A DNA stretch of 64,000 nt from Octopus vulgaris (GCA_951406725.2 OX597816.1:101494001-101558000); one strand, 5' to 3'. Shown: positions 38,118-51,872, counted from the stretch's first letter. The notes: generated by a model from the sequence alone, not told the origin. Numbers and translations: made by a program.

Positions 38118-40152
38118 GGGAAAAAGTCAAGGTAGAAAATGCTAAAATAATTTTATAAAAAACATTTCAGTGCCGGTTTTGGTCATTGAGACTTTTTCAA
38201 CTGTAAATATGAAAAACAATTAAATTTTAGAAAAAGAAAATGAAAACCCACCGCCTCAGTAACTTTTTATAAACCCTCTTAAAACCATTCCTCAAACATG
38301 TCAAAAGCTACATGAGGTATTACCTGTATATGCTCAATCACCTTCCTGAAACAATAATCAAATCACCCTACTAGTATCCTTCGATGTAGTCAAGCTCTGT
38401 TCCAATATCCCCCACAACCTAGGAATAGAGGCAATTCAATTCTGGCAAGAGAATTATGCCAACGAACTCCCACATCGCATCAAAAAAGAATTCGTAATAG
38501 AAGGGCTAAAATTTATCTTGGAGAATAACTACTTCGTCTTCAAAGACAACTTCTATCGACAAAAATCGGGGACTGCGATGGGTACGAGAATGGCCCCCTC
38601 CTTTGCTAACCTAGTCATGGGATATCTACAAATTAGTCTTTATCGTAAGGGTCTAGAAAATACGGCAACCCATTCTCCCTCTACATAGAAAATAACTGGA
38701 AGAGACACCTGGATGGCTGTTAAAGAATTTCAAGCACATATAAATGGACTTGACGCAAACATTCAATTCACGATGGAATATAGCCATCAACAATTTCCCT
38801 TCCTCGACATCCTCATTAAGAAATCTAGCAACGTAATAGAAACAGATATACACTATAAGCTCACAGACTCCAAGCAATATCTACCGTTCAACTCATGCCA
38901 CCCCAGACACACCAGAATGAATATCCCCTTCAACCTAGCAAAAAGGATATGTACTATAGCTTCTAATGCAAGCACCATGGACACACGACTACATGAACTA
39001 AAGGATACACTCATCACGAGGAACTACCCACCTTTACTAATTGACATATGCTTTCAACGTGTCCTACAACTCAACATCCACGAATTCAGACATCCCAAAT
39101 TAAAGAAGGATTTACAACCAAAACCCCTACCATACATCTCCACACACAACCCTCTTAACAATGAAACCTTCAATACCATCCTTCAAAACATTCCCCTGCT
39201 AAAAATGGACCACATAATGAACTTAATCCTTCAAACACACACCATTATGAAAATCAAGAGTCAGCCCAAATCTATGAAAAGTTTGCTAACACAAGCCCGA
39301 ATACGCTGAAGCCGTCAGTAAAATAATGCGGAAGACTCAACTGTAGGATATGCGTCAATTTAACTGGGGGATCAGAGTTCTCCTTCAAACAGAGACAACG
39401 TTTCACAGTAAAAAGCAGCTTCACATGTGCTTTCGGAGAACCTGATATACGCACTAGCCTGCTCTGTGTGTCAAGAGTAATATATAGGCCAAACAAAAAC
39501 AGTCTACATCAAAGGATGGCTCTGCACAAATCCCTGTCAAAATTCCGAAAAACAGAAAAATAGCATTCAGCCAACATATCGAAATTTGCGCCAATAACAA
39601 AAATCCAAGCTTCAGAATTTTTCCCCTCTATCAATTCAAGGATGATACAACCTGTAGCCAACGAAAGTCTTTCTTTATCACAAAATACAGACCCCTTTTG
39701 AACGCATCTACAACAAATGACATATCCACCACGACCTTAGAATAACATACACGCAAATATTAAAAAATGATACATTCATAAGAGATACCCAAGAATTCAT
39801 TAAAAACAGTCCCAATTATTGCTATAATCCACAACGAGTCTCTTTTAGATCACTTGACCATTTAACAACCTACTACTATCATATCACTCCCGCATTCTTC
39901 TTCTTCTCTGCCGAGAATTCACAACGACCTCGAACCTTCAAGAGTAAACAATAGAGACAGAGACAGACAGAAACAAGAAAACTGCCCCTTGTATTTGAAT
40001 ACTATGCAAATATTCTTTTAAGATCTTTTCATTTAATTTTTCCAAAATATAATTGTTTTCCATACTTACAGTTGAAAAGTTTCAATGCCCGAAATGGGTA
40101 CTGAAATGTTTTTTATAAAATTATTTTAGCATTTTCTACTTTGACTTTTTTT

Positions 40153-40154
<2 letters not shown>
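38118..40154 (+). mobile_element. Penelope-like element (Neptune-like): RT plus GIY-YIG, with inverted 5' pLTR and 3' pLTR
   Basis: LVSFDVVKL.SNIPHNLG, GTAMGTRMAPSFANL, IQFTME..FPFLDI, YLPFNSCHP, CGRLNCRIC, NLIYALAC..YIGQT; pLTRs at 38118-38240 (-) and 39988-40154 (+); flanked by (TA)n. Confidence 0.92.
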
Positions 40155-40212
<58 letters not shown>

Positions 40213-40238
40213 ACACGTATGTTCCTTTTCAACCTTCT

Positions 40239-40285
<47 letters not shown>

Positions 40286-40304
40286 AATATATAAATAAAT
40301 AAAT

Positions 40305-40365
<61 letters not shown>

Positions 40366-40384
40366 AATATATAAATAAATAAAT

Positions 40385-40438
<54 letters not shown>

Positions 40439-40439
40439 C

Positions 40440-42115
40440 CACAAATAATCACAAAATAGATAAAACCTCAGATTAACAAACACATGGTTATTGGACCACA
40501 TTTACAGCTTACTTTTTTATACAAAATATGACATAACAGATAGGTGTCGTAACAAATCTTACGACCGTTTCCGATTCGTTGCCAAAATTCTGTCTGTAAG
40601 TAAATGCTAGAATAATGTTCTTCATCTTCATAGGACATTCTAATTAAGGCACGGGGCTTCATCAGAGTAAAAGACAAGAGCATACAGTACAAACGAAGTG
40701 AAGAAGGCAAAGAAAAGAAAACATAGCCTAGAAAAAGATCTACAAACCCAATATATTAAAAACATATAATCTACCATCTAGGAGCAACGATGTCCGTAGG
40801 TAAAAGTCTGAGCTAGTAATGGTCTATGGTATACTACAATTTATTAATGGGCAGTTTCATTTAAGGGGGCAGCAAGATGTTTAAAAATTTTAAGAAAGAA
40901 GTTATCAAAAAATATATATATATAAGGAAAATTACTAACATGATTATCAAAGGGCGGTACTTATGCTAACGAAGTAAACTCAAGTAAATTAGCAACGTGC
41001 TTAAGAAAATTTACTCACAGAATTTATTACCAAGAATCCCATCTATGGTCCACAATAGGGCAAGTCTAAGTCCAGCGGTCTCTACAATTGGTCAGTTACA
41101 ATTTGAACCGTTACAATGGATATGTCAATAAAATAGACAAAAAAAGAAACGAAAAATGGTTCGGGGGAGAAGTCAATGATATAGGTAGTGCGGGGCCGCT
41201 TATGTCCTTTAGTAGGTAATGTTATAACATGCATGAGGGAATAGTCAAAAGAGTAAGTAGCCTCGGGTTGTGGTTAAAGGGAGGCAACTAGTACAGGTAA
41301 TTCAGCGATTCAATTAAGGCTACTAGGAAATAGCTAATTGTGGTAATATATAAAGATACGCAAGAAAAATCCATCTTATTGGTACGCTACAGTGCACAAA
41401 TATGTTTATATTGGAGGAGAGGCTAGAAATTCTCTTACTAATGTTTTTAACTAAATTCTTAAATACTATTATTAAATACAAATGTTTTTAACTAAATATA
41501 AATACTATTCTTAAATACTAAATTCTTAAAAACTATGCAGGAACCTATATTAATATAGCTAAGTCTATCGTTGGGTTTTCTATAGGGTTTGTAAATATTC
41601 TTATTTAAATTTAAAGATACATCTAGGAAATTGACAACCGTCAGGTTGGTATCTATTGTTATGCTAAGATCGAATGTTTTCATCATTTGGATAATGTCCT
41701 TCCTAAACCAATCTTGCACTAGTCCATTTGTGTTTGTGGTTAAAGCTAGAGCATCATCTTTGTAAATGGCGAAATATATATCAGGAGAAGTTTAACCTAA
41801 CGTATCGAGCAGGAATAGTCCAATGAGATCGCACATGCCTGCTCCATCATAAGATTCCATGCTCAAAAAACGGCACTTTTTTTCTGATAAACTCCAAAAC
41901 CAAGAACTTATACCTTGTAGAAAAGCTTTACCTAACGTATCAAGTAGGAATAGTCCAATGAGATCGCATATGCCTGCTTCATCATATGATCACATGCTCA
42001 CATCGAAGGCACCCTCTGTATCGGTTGTCTTAACCCACTCTGCGTTCTCACTGAAGAGTAAAATCTTTCTAGCATGGAATATTATGTCCTTATCTTGTGT
42101 AAATTCGCTAATGTA
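40440..42115 (-). mobile_element. Second-clade Penelope-like element fragment (RT), possibly Naiad-like
   Basis: Minus strand MESYDGAGMCDLIGLFLLD, AIYKDDALA, FDLSITI..VNFLDVSLNL..YKPYRKPNDRLSYIN; downstream hammerhead motif at 40555-40670; the clade name is an inference. Confidence 0.8.
40555..40670 (-). ncRNA. Hammerhead motif with very long stem II insert
   Basis: CUGAUGA (40665-40659)..cgugcc-(about 65 nt)-ggcaacg..GAAA CGGUCG UA; stem I weak. Confidence 0.55.
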
Positions 42116-42117
42116 GA

Positions 42118-42932
42118 TTCCTGCCATCTCCCCATAGTATTTAAGAATTTAGTTAAAAACATTAGCAAGAGAATTCCTAACCTCTCCTCCAATATAAATA
42201 TTTTTAATAGTGTAAAACTTTAAAAGATAGTGGTTTTAGTGAGGAAATAACCTATACACCTGTTATTAGTCCAGTAGCAAAGAAAAGGAAAAATAGGAAT
42301 AGGAAATTTATCTGGTTCACGCCACCTTACACTCCGAGATAAAGAGATAAAGGTGTCGATTATAACATACAATGGAAGATTTTGGCCAGATGTAAGCCCT
42401 ATACTAACGGCAGCGGAAGGTGCGGTCTATGCGACATGGAGAGATGGCTTATCTGGAAAAGCAGCTTAGACCCTACTACATGTCTAAATACAAGGACAGA
42501 GCTTTTCGGATCATGCCCACATGTGACTAAATTTCTGTTACGTTTTTGGTCCCCTAAAGAAAACAGATAGAACATGCTTTCTATGTTATGTCCCAAGAAG
42601 AATTTATATATTTTTATATATTTTTATATATTTTTTATATATTTTTTATGTATTTTTATATAATTTTTATGACGAAAAATGCGAGCGATGTATAAGTACG
42701 CAGGCAAGCAGAGTTATAACAGAGTAATTTCCCTTTATTTAACGGTATTTTTTCATAACGTTTTCAAATAGCCAGATAACCGAAGAGATGGTGTTGTGGA
42801 TTTCCACTTCGGCATCTGAAACTCAGAGTTTTATCTTGACTACCGAGTAATGTAACATATTGTATAGATAAATTTCCTCTATTTACATAATATTGAGGTC
42901 TCTTTCTTTCTTTTGTTATCTTACCGTTTTAT

Positions 42933-42935
<3 letters not shown>
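42118..42935 (+). mobile_element. PLE 3' fragment (endonuclease C-terminus plus pLTR), same clade as 40440-42115
   Basis: KNISKRIPNLSS, FIWFTPPY, QWKILARCKPY..RCGLCDMER..LNTRTELFGSCPH..KFLL; hammerhead at 42774-42836. Confidence 0.85.
42774..42836 (+). ncRNA. Type I hammerhead (CCGAAGA core variant)
   Basis: AGAUAA CCGAAGA GAUG..GUGGA-UU-UCCAC..CAUC U GAAA CUCAGAG UU/ UUAUCU; perfect 6-bp stem I. Confidence 0.75.
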
Positions 42936-42974
<39 letters not shown>

Positions 42975-42976
<2 letters not shown>

Positions 42977-43056
42977 TTTATTTAAAGCATATTACTCTAC
43001 CACTGGTATTTGAGTACTCTTTTTTCCACCTTGTTTCACATTAATGTGTTTACTCT

Positions 43057-43099
<43 letters not shown>

Positions 43100-43322
43100 T
43101 TTATTTAAAGGAGCAGAAATATCACAAAAACTGTTACTCAGAGTTTTATGTTCCCGTTCGTCGGACAGTTTTGTTAGAAAACAAGACTGTTCGACGAACG
43201 GGAACGTGAAACTCTGAGTAACAGTTTTTGTGATATTTCTGCTCCTTTTAAATAAAGCATATTAGTCTACCTTTGGTATTTAAGTACTCTTTCCCCGCCC
43301 CCCTTGTTTCACATTACACCAG
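42975..43322. mobile_element. Foldback PLE terminal-repeat element with hammerhead motifs on both strands
   Basis: Arms 43099-43175 and 43179-43257; reconstructed consensus ACTGT CCGACGA ACG-GGAA-CGT GAAA CTCTGAG TA ACAGT. Confidence 0.85.
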
Positions 43323-43410
43323 TATATATATATATACATGTTAAATATATATGATAAATATACATATATTAAATATATATATATATATATTATATTTATA
43401 TATACGTATG

Positions 43411-43497
<87 letters not shown>

Positions 43498-43845
43498 GTG
43501 GGTGTGCACGTAATTTATATTTTGATATTTCTATTTCTATCTGTCTGGTACACAAAAATAAACCTGTTTGGCAAACCAAACTTCTGTTATTGGCCCGGTA
43601 AAGATCGTAGCAATAAACGGTGTGGGATGGAGAGAGATACGGAAGGGTACGAATGGAATGACATTTTGTGGTTTATGCGAGGGAGTAGGGTCGGGTTGGT
43701 GTTCATGATGTGGTGTAAAAGTGCTTTATTTAGATTCGATGAACGTTGGAAAAAAATTAGTCAAAAAAAAAAGGGAAAAAATCATTTTAAGTCAGATTAA
43801 GGAGATATGACGTAGGGAATAAAATAAAATATAAACTAAAAGAAT

Positions 43846-43901
<56 letters not shown>

Positions 43902-44305
43902 TGTTGTTGTTGTTGTTGTTGCTGTTATTGTTGTTGTTGTTGTTGTTATTGTTGCTGCTGCTGCTGATGTTGTTGTTGTTATTGTTGTTGTTTGCAAGAA
44001 TCGTTAAAGCATCAAGAAAAAATGGGTTGTGGTGTTTCTTTCGGCTCTGTACTTTCTGAGTTCAAATACGGCCACGGTGAACTTTGTTTTTCCTTCTTCC
44101 GGCGGTCGATTGAAATAAAATACCAGTAATGCACTGAGATCTATGGTTTCTGCTAATCCCCTCTCCTCAAAACTGCTGGCCTTAGAAACCATTATTATTT
44201 TCTGATGGTCTGATAGTTGGAGTAAAGTAGGAGCTTTTAAACACTTTCATCGACCTTGATATAAGAATAATATACGACCGTCGGAAAGTGGCGGGTGATA
44301 CTTTG

Positions 44306-44370
<65 letters not shown>

Positions 44371-44382
44371 TGTGTCTTATAT

Positions 44383-44732
44383 CTTTTATTTGTTTTAGTA
44401 ATTTAGTTGCTTCCATGTTGGAGCACCGCCTTGAAGGGTTTTAGTCGAACAAATCTACCCTAGGGTTTATCGTTTGAAACCTAGTACTAATTCTAGCAGT
44501 CTTTTTGCCGAACAGCTAAATTACGGGGACGTAAACACACCAACATAAATATATACATAAATAAATATATATACGTTGGGCTTCTTTCAGTTTCCGTCTA
44601 CCTAAACCCCTCACAAGGCTTTGGTTGGCCCGGGGCTATAGTAGAAGACACTTGCCGAAGAAGCGCCGCAATGGGGCTGAATCCAGCACCATGTGGTTGA
44701 GAAGCAAGCTTCTTACCACACAGATCCGCCTG
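44383..44732 (-). mobile_element. Family-A SINE
   Basis: Similarity to 50378-50782. Confidence 0.85.
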
Positions 44733-45409
44733 CATGACGTACAAAGTAAATGGATCTCTATCGATTTATCTGATGAGTACTTAATTGTACACACTACATG
44801 CCCTCCCGCTGCTTGAACTGGCATGTAAGTGAATGAGTATTCCGCAATGATAAGTTCATCCTCAGACAAACGTAACTCTCAGACAAAATCAGCGTGATGT
44901 ACTGTGTAACAAAGCTAAACCATTAAACTACTGGAGTGACCCAAATACTTTCCGTCTCTCTAATTTCGCTCGTAAGTCTTTGTTTGAGCAGGTGCTATGG
45001 TAACTGACACTTATCTAAAATTTCGCACCGAGGCTTCTGGATTTCGAAACAGACTTCTTAGCTATTCAACCAGGCTGTGACACACATTGACATACAAAGA
45101 GCACACGTGTATTTTAATTCACACATACACACATATATAAATGTGTGCGTATATGTGTGTATATGTGTCTGTTTGTGTGTGTGCCTGTGCGTGGTTAACG
45201 AACAGAAGAAGAATAGAAAACAATACGTAGAATATTTACATCTTTTATTTACCGAGAAGCTACAGTGACTGAAATTCCAAATTACTAACCAAACATAAGT
45301 TTGATAGGTGCCCAGCCAGGAAACTCTAGGCTCTTGAGTCTGTGCAGCTTTTTGACTGAAACGAAATATGTATGTGTGTGGTTCTGTTTCACTAAATATT
45401 ATTATTATT

Positions 45410-45942
45410 GTGTGAGAGAGTAATACATGCCATCAAAGTGACAGAGGGGTACAAATATACGAAGCCCAATATACCCATCATGACTACTCGTCTGATAAGG
45501 GTACCCTAGACACATGCATCAAAACCATATGTGCGCGACATGGTGACCATATATCAAGATAAACAGCACGTGCCCATTTAGAACTTTCTTCAGCTTGAGT
45601 AGCCCATCCAGCTCAAAAGATCCTTGAATGAGTGTTGTTTAAGGATGATGAACAAAGCACCCATGTTTCCAAAGGTGAATTATTCAAACCCCAAAGCGTT
45701 CCTCTCAACACAGGGCTATGATGCTCCCCCGCTTCTCCCGCTCGTGATCTGATATGCACATATTGTCAGTCACTAAGGGACATGCTCAACTAGTTAAAGT
45801 CAAGCAACTAACAAGCAAGCAAGTCTGTGGTATCGAGCAGAATATCTGCTGTAGCCTATCTTTTTACACCAAGACAAAACATGTACATGATAACACTTCT
45901 AATCAGTTAAGATCAGAAGCCATGGGAGCCACTGCGTGGGGA

Positions 45943-45945
<3 letters not shown>
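45410..45945 (-). mobile_element. Non-coding element of about 535 bp flanked on both sides by (TAA)n
   Basis: attattattattg at 45398-45410 and (TTA)n at 45945-45999; no ORF; putative non-autonomous Dong-mobilised element (inference). Confidence 0.55.
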
Positions 45946-45999
<54 letters not shown>

Positions 46000-46003
<4 letters not shown>

Positions 46004-46280
46004 TAGTCTTATTTTATCGTGTGCTTTCACTGCACTACCGAGCGCAGCTCTGAATGCCTTGGGTATGTGCTGTGATTTGTTGTGGTGCTCTTATTTTCAT
46101 TGTACTGAAAGTGTTTTATGATGTGTGCGGTGCCTAGTAGTGCTATTTTCCATGTGTTGTATATATTTGCAAATCCTGTTATTTTTGTTATGTATTTGTC
46201 TGAATGTTTTTTTTTTTATCATACCTAATGCGCCTACAATAATATTATTTTTTTCTGTTTTTAGGCCCCACATTCGATTT
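46000..46280 (-). mobile_element. Dong/R4-clade 3' end
   Basis: RMWGLKTE..IVGALGMI..IALLGTAHII; (TAA)n tail. Confidence 0.85.
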
Positions 46281-46284
46281 TATT

Positions 46285-46316
<32 letters not shown>

Positions 46317-46789
46317 TATTATTATTATTTGAGTTTCGAAAGAGAGAACACTTTTTCGCTGCTATAAGTTTTCTTTAAAATTTGTTTTATTTGTATTCGA
46401 ACTTTTGTTGGACTGTATACTACATAAGCCAGTTTGCTTTCCTCGTAGAGAGCTGGTTTGGTGAAAAATTCACCCTTTAAAGGCGAATTTGGAGGTTCAA
46501 AATTTAAAATTTAAGTTTTCAAAACAAAAAATAACTATATGGCTTCCCAACTCGAGGGAAATGATAGCTGTTCGAACAGCACTTATGAAATTATTTCACC
46601 ACCACTAATTGACATGGTCAAGAGATAAATCATAAACAATAACATCATCAACAACAGCAACAACAGCAGCAACAACAACAACAGCAACAACTGCAACAGA
46701 AGCAGCACCAGTGACTAAGATGAAATATAAAATGACACAAGCACGACCTCCACTACTGCCCCAGCACCAAGATTACCACCACTACCACC

Positions 46790-48190
46790 ACCACCACCAA
46801 TACAAACATTAATACAAAGAAAACAGAGGGTGTGCTTATTTTAAAATAAAATGAGAAAGGTTTCGCACAAGCATGTCGTATATTGGAGAAAGTTGACATG
46901 TCAGGAAAAGCATTAAGTGACACCAAAATGCACTCAACAAAAATTGGAAGAACAGTATTTCTAAATGCGCCAGGAGAAATGTAAAAAAAACAGTGGAACT
47001 GGAGCGAGTGATGCAGGCCTAGATCAGAAAATGCCTGGCACCCGTCTGAGAGACGCTTTGGCACAGTTGAGGGGAAATTCCCAACTGAAGGAGTAGCCAA
47101 TGGAAGTGCGACAACAATCTTCAAACGCAAAGAATTGTGTTTAATTTTTGACATACCTCAGTCGGAAAGTGATTAAAATAAAGGTAGCAGAAATACCATT
47201 AGATGAGGGTATTTCTTTGCTGGTGGTAGCCACCAATGCACAAAATGGGGGAAGGGAAATTGTTCAGGTAGGGGAATTGAATAATGGATACATACTGATC
47301 TGGAGAGTATCGAAACCAGAAGAAATACAAGACATTAAAAATAAGTATTTTATACAAAAACCCAGGGGACTGCAGCGAGCAATGCAGGGGTAGATCGGAA
47401 AATGCCTAGTACCTGAATGAGAGACGCTTTGGCACAGTTGAGGTGAGATTCCCAACTGATCAACCTCCTTAAAGGTACACAGCTACTTGTAGCAGTCGAG
47501 AGTAGAAAGCCGAGACAAACCACTTAGAGGCTCTCTACTTCGTGCAAAGAAAAGGAGCCCCCCACTAACACAACAACAATAGCATCAAAAGCAATGACAG
47601 CACCATAAACACCAAAACCATCAGCACGAGTGCCAAGAGCAGCAGCATCCAAAACTAATACAAGATATTCAACAGAAGGAACAGCAGGAGAGATCCATTC
47701 AACAATGTCGGCCGTAAGCACCCGACGAAAACGTTCTGCTCTGCACGCTCTCGTCCCGTGCCCAAGCATTGCTGACTTGTCCGTTTATGTCAAACACCTG
47801 CTGTCACGTGTAGGACAGATCTGGCTATCAGCTGAGTCTACTGTGAAGATTTTCTCGCCTTCTTCTTTAGGTCGAGAAGGGAAGGTAGTGTTAATTTGTT
47901 TTATATCCTTAGTGAAAGACGTTATGTAGAGGACAAGATTGAATGGGCTGATGACAGAAACTTTTCCCTTTGGTTAAGCCCTCATCAACTTTTTCAAGTT
48001 TCACTTGAAAAGTAATGTGAGGGTAGAAAAGGAAGCGCTACTTCCCAACAATTTTGTTGAATGGTGGAGGAATGTGACAAGAATTGTCCGTGTGAATGAG
48101 CCTTAAATTGAAAGAAAATGCAGAGAGAGACCACTTGCCCTAACAGTCAGGGAAACAGTGGATTTGTGGGATTTTCCCGAGTAGCTCTAG
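46790..48190 (+). mobile_element. Internally deleted Tx1-like element (ORF1 remnant plus ORF2 C-terminal zinc finger)
   Basis: IKIKVAEIP similar to ORF1 at 30900; LHALVPCPSIADL..LLSRVG..TRLNGL..INFFKFHLKSNVRVEKE..W; 60-bp internal duplication 47030-47088 / 47399-47459. Confidence 0.7.
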
Positions 48191-48199
48191 AAAGTCTCT

Positions 48200-48820
48200 C
48201 TCTTTGGGGAATTACACATCATTAGAATTTATTTTATCACCGTTTTTTAAAATTTTTTTACACGATTCTTTATGTAACCACTCATTGTATTGTCCAGTAC
48301 TGTCCCCTATTGATATTGTTGTTGTTATCAAGTTAGTTCATGCTTATTTAAGTAGCTGGAGCATTATCTTGAAGTTTGGTGACAAGTCCCCACAAATATC
48401 AAGAACTTTTGAAGGGAATCTTGCAGAGTATGGTACTCTTCTGCAGGTCGGCAGTGCGAGACTCAGTTCCAATAACTTTCAGTCTTTTAGGTTTTATACA
48501 TTTTTTCCTGTCCTTTATTTTAAAGACTCGATTCTGTGATAGCATTTCATTACAGTTCTATTGTCGATTTGAGTCCATCTTCTCCTAACCCTTAAAGCAG
48601 TATTTGGATAACGACCAGACCCACCTGCTGCACAGTGGAACACTTGCTGTACGAGAGACCCTCAATCGGGGTTTGGATCTTATGAACGTATTTGTGATTA
48701 TTTTCTTAGTTCTTTGGCATCACATTCATAAAACGTACTATGATGATGAGATGTCACGAACACCAGTGTTTTTATCGAGACACCATATCTAGGGGGCTGC
48801 CAGCTAAGGTTAAGGCAACC
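48200..48820 (-). mobile_element. Dong/R4-clade 5' end (5' UTR plus N-terminal domain)
   Basis: Minus strand RRRWTQIDNRTVMKCYH..ESRTADLQKSTI, matching the R4/Dong N-terminal WT..N..M.CY / EQRLADQ motif; abuts (GAA)n(TAA)n. Confidence 0.7.
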
Positions 48821-48872
48821 TTTCTTCTTCTTCTTCTTCTTCATATTCTTCTTCTTCTTCTTCTTCTTCTTC

Positions 48873-48924
<52 letters not shown>

Positions 48925-49842
48925 CATCATCATTATCATCATTATTAACTAGTTAACTAAATAACCAACAAACTAATTGATTGTTTTATTAATCAGTTGA
49001 TCAATCAATCAGCTAGTTAGTTTGTCAAAGTTTTTTCCTTACCCTGCGCTTTTTCATCAATGACGTGTTCTTGTTACTTTAGGTTGGTCATGTTGTATAC
49101 AAACTCGGATCGATCGAACGATTAATAAAACATTCGAGTAGTTTATTAATTAATTAATTAATTAACAAGTTGATTAATAAGGAGAAGAATAAATGGAAGC
49201 GAAATAGAGCAGATTTTTTTCTTTTTGGGGGGTCAAAATGACTCTTTCTCCCTCTCTCTCTTTCTCTTTCTCTCTCTCTATTTCTCTCTCTGTCTCTTTC
49301 TCCCTCTCCTTCTTTCTCTTCCTCTCTCTCTCTCTCTCTTTCTCTCCTCTCTTTCTTTCTCTGTCTCTGAACATATAATAACATCTGTTTCAACTCAGGA
49401 TCTCACATGAAGACTCTTGCAAAAGAAATACAAAACGAAACATCTTACATGGTTTATTTTGAAATTTCTTCCACATTCCTTCTATTAATTTTGCCACGAC
49501 TGAAACATTAAAACATTTTCAAAATTCATTTACTTTCTGTAATTTATTGCAAAACAGATATCGGAAAAGACTTCTGTCGTAAGCTACCGATGTTTCAATG
49601 CTTCGAGTTTTCCTACTACTATTTATATACTTCGCCGATATATATTACCGAATCATATGCACATAAATATCAACGCGCGCGTGCAAACACACACACACAC
49701 GTACACACACACACACACACACACATACATACATATTTGGCAAAAGAAATGATAATAAATAAAATGACCATCCCGAAGTACAGCAATATCTGTTTCAACA
49801 CACGATTTCACATCAGCAATCTTGCAAAACGAATTGAAAAAC

Positions 49843-49940
<98 letters not shown>

Positions 49941-50005
49941 AATAAAATGAGACAATAAAGCCAAGGCTGTGGGGAATTTTCAGGACATTTATAAAGAGAG
50001 AGTTA

Positions 50006-50053
50006 GTCTTACAGCTGTTTCTGGGATATTATGGATATGCCTTCATCAGAAAC
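50006..50053 (-). ncRNA. Type I hammerhead ribozyme motif
   Basis: GUUU CUGAUGA AGGCAUAU-CCAUA-AUAUCCCA GAAA CAGCUG UA/ AGAC; canonical core, palindromic stem III. Confidence 0.7.
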
Positions 50054-50265
50054 GATGTGAGGTGGTTAAATAGAAGAGTTCAATATAAGGAGTTATTTGG
50101 GAAAGGGTGGAAATAAGAAGTTACAAACAGATGTATTTGTATAACGCTCAGGAATAGAAAAAGTCGTTTACGTTTCGAGCCTACGCTCTTCTACAGAATG
50201 GAACACAGAAAACAAGGAGAGAAAACAAAATGTGCGTGTAGTGGCTAATGATCTATCATGGCGTC

Positions 50266-50359
<94 letters not shown>

Positions 50360-50377
50360 TGTATAAATATATACATA

Positions 50378-50782
50378 GGCGTAGGAGTGGCTGTATGGTA
50401 AGTAGCTTGGTTACAAACCACATGGTTCTGGGTTCAGTCCTTAGCGTGGCACCTTGGGCAAGTGTCTCCTACTATAGCCTCGGGCTAACCGAAGCCTTGT
50501 GAATGGATTTGGTAGACGGAAAATGAAAGAAGCCCGTCGTATATATGTATATGTATATATATATATGTATGTGTATACGTTTGTGTGTCTGTGTTTGTCC
50601 CCCAACGTCGCTTGACAACCGATGCTGGTGTGTTTACGTCCCCGTAACTTAGCGGTTCTGCAAAAGAGACCGATAGAATAAGTACTAGGCTTACAAAGAA
50701 TAAGTTCTGGGATCGATTTGCTCGACTAAAGGCGGTGCTCCAGCATGGCCACAGTCAAATGGCTGAAACAAGTAAAAGAGTA
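50378..50782 (+). mobile_element. Full-length family-A tRNA-derived SINE (CORE-like)
   Basis: A-box tggctgtatggt, B-box gggttcagtcc, CORE-like ggcaccttgggcaagtgtc, internal (TA)/(TG) tract, tail ..gctgaaacaagtaaaagag. Confidence 0.92.
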
Positions 50783-50974
50783 TACACACACACATTTGTT
50801 TCGTATTTGTAAATTAACAGTGTTACCGATGACTTCATAGGGGGTGGGGTTGCATTTCTCAAGTGGAGCACTTGAGAAATACGAACGACCGACATTGGTA
50901 GTTCTGCTAATCCAATAGGATATTTATTCACTAAACTAGGCGTTGGGTACACATTGTCACTGTTCTATACTACG

Positions 50975-51074
<100 letters not shown>

Positions 51075-51485
51075 ATGTCACAAAAATTCATACTGTGAAA
51101 CCGGTTCCTTCTATCAGCCATTTGAACTGAGCATTATGCAATGAAATGTGAAAATTTTTGGTGGGGCTCAAGTGTCATATTAGGGCTTCACATTGCATAA
51201 TCAATAACTCATTTCAATGATTTATTTCTAGTAGTGGCTTTGCTCCCATACGAGAAAGTAGCCACTATATATGTATGTTCTCTTCTGTTTTTTAATTATT
51301 TGAATTCTTCCTCTGAAGTAGGAGCTGGTTTCTAACAGAGACACAAAGCTCAATCGCTGGAATGTCGATAACAAAAACAACATTACATTTTAAACTTGAG
51401 GAAAGTTTTACATATTTTTACTGTTACACTTATAGTCTTCGTAATATGCGAATTAGTTGGTATGTATGTATCTACGTATGTATGC

Positions 51486-51706
<221 letters not shown>

Positions 51707-51764
51707 TACGGAGATGTACTCGCATAGCAAGTCATTTGATCTGAGATCGTGTGCTGAAACGAAA

Positions 51765-51872
51765 ACAATTGCAGCGTGGAAGGTGTTTATAAGCTATTTA
51801 AGAAACATACAAAAGCCGTTCGATTCACTTCGTTTCTTAAATGGCTTATAAACACCTTCCACGCTGCAATTG

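Noticed and set aside
41985-41995. In-frame TGA in the PLE RT as selenocysteine
   Set aside because: It falls at the Gly position of the MGSYDG motif, not a Cys position, and the duplicate copy has GAA there; ordinary decay
48790-48820. HDV-like ribozyme at the Dong 5' end (also considered at 51932-52010)
   Set aside because: Only a simple 7-bp hairpin (GGTTGCC/GGCAGCC) could be drawn; the nested double pseudoknot was not evident by eye
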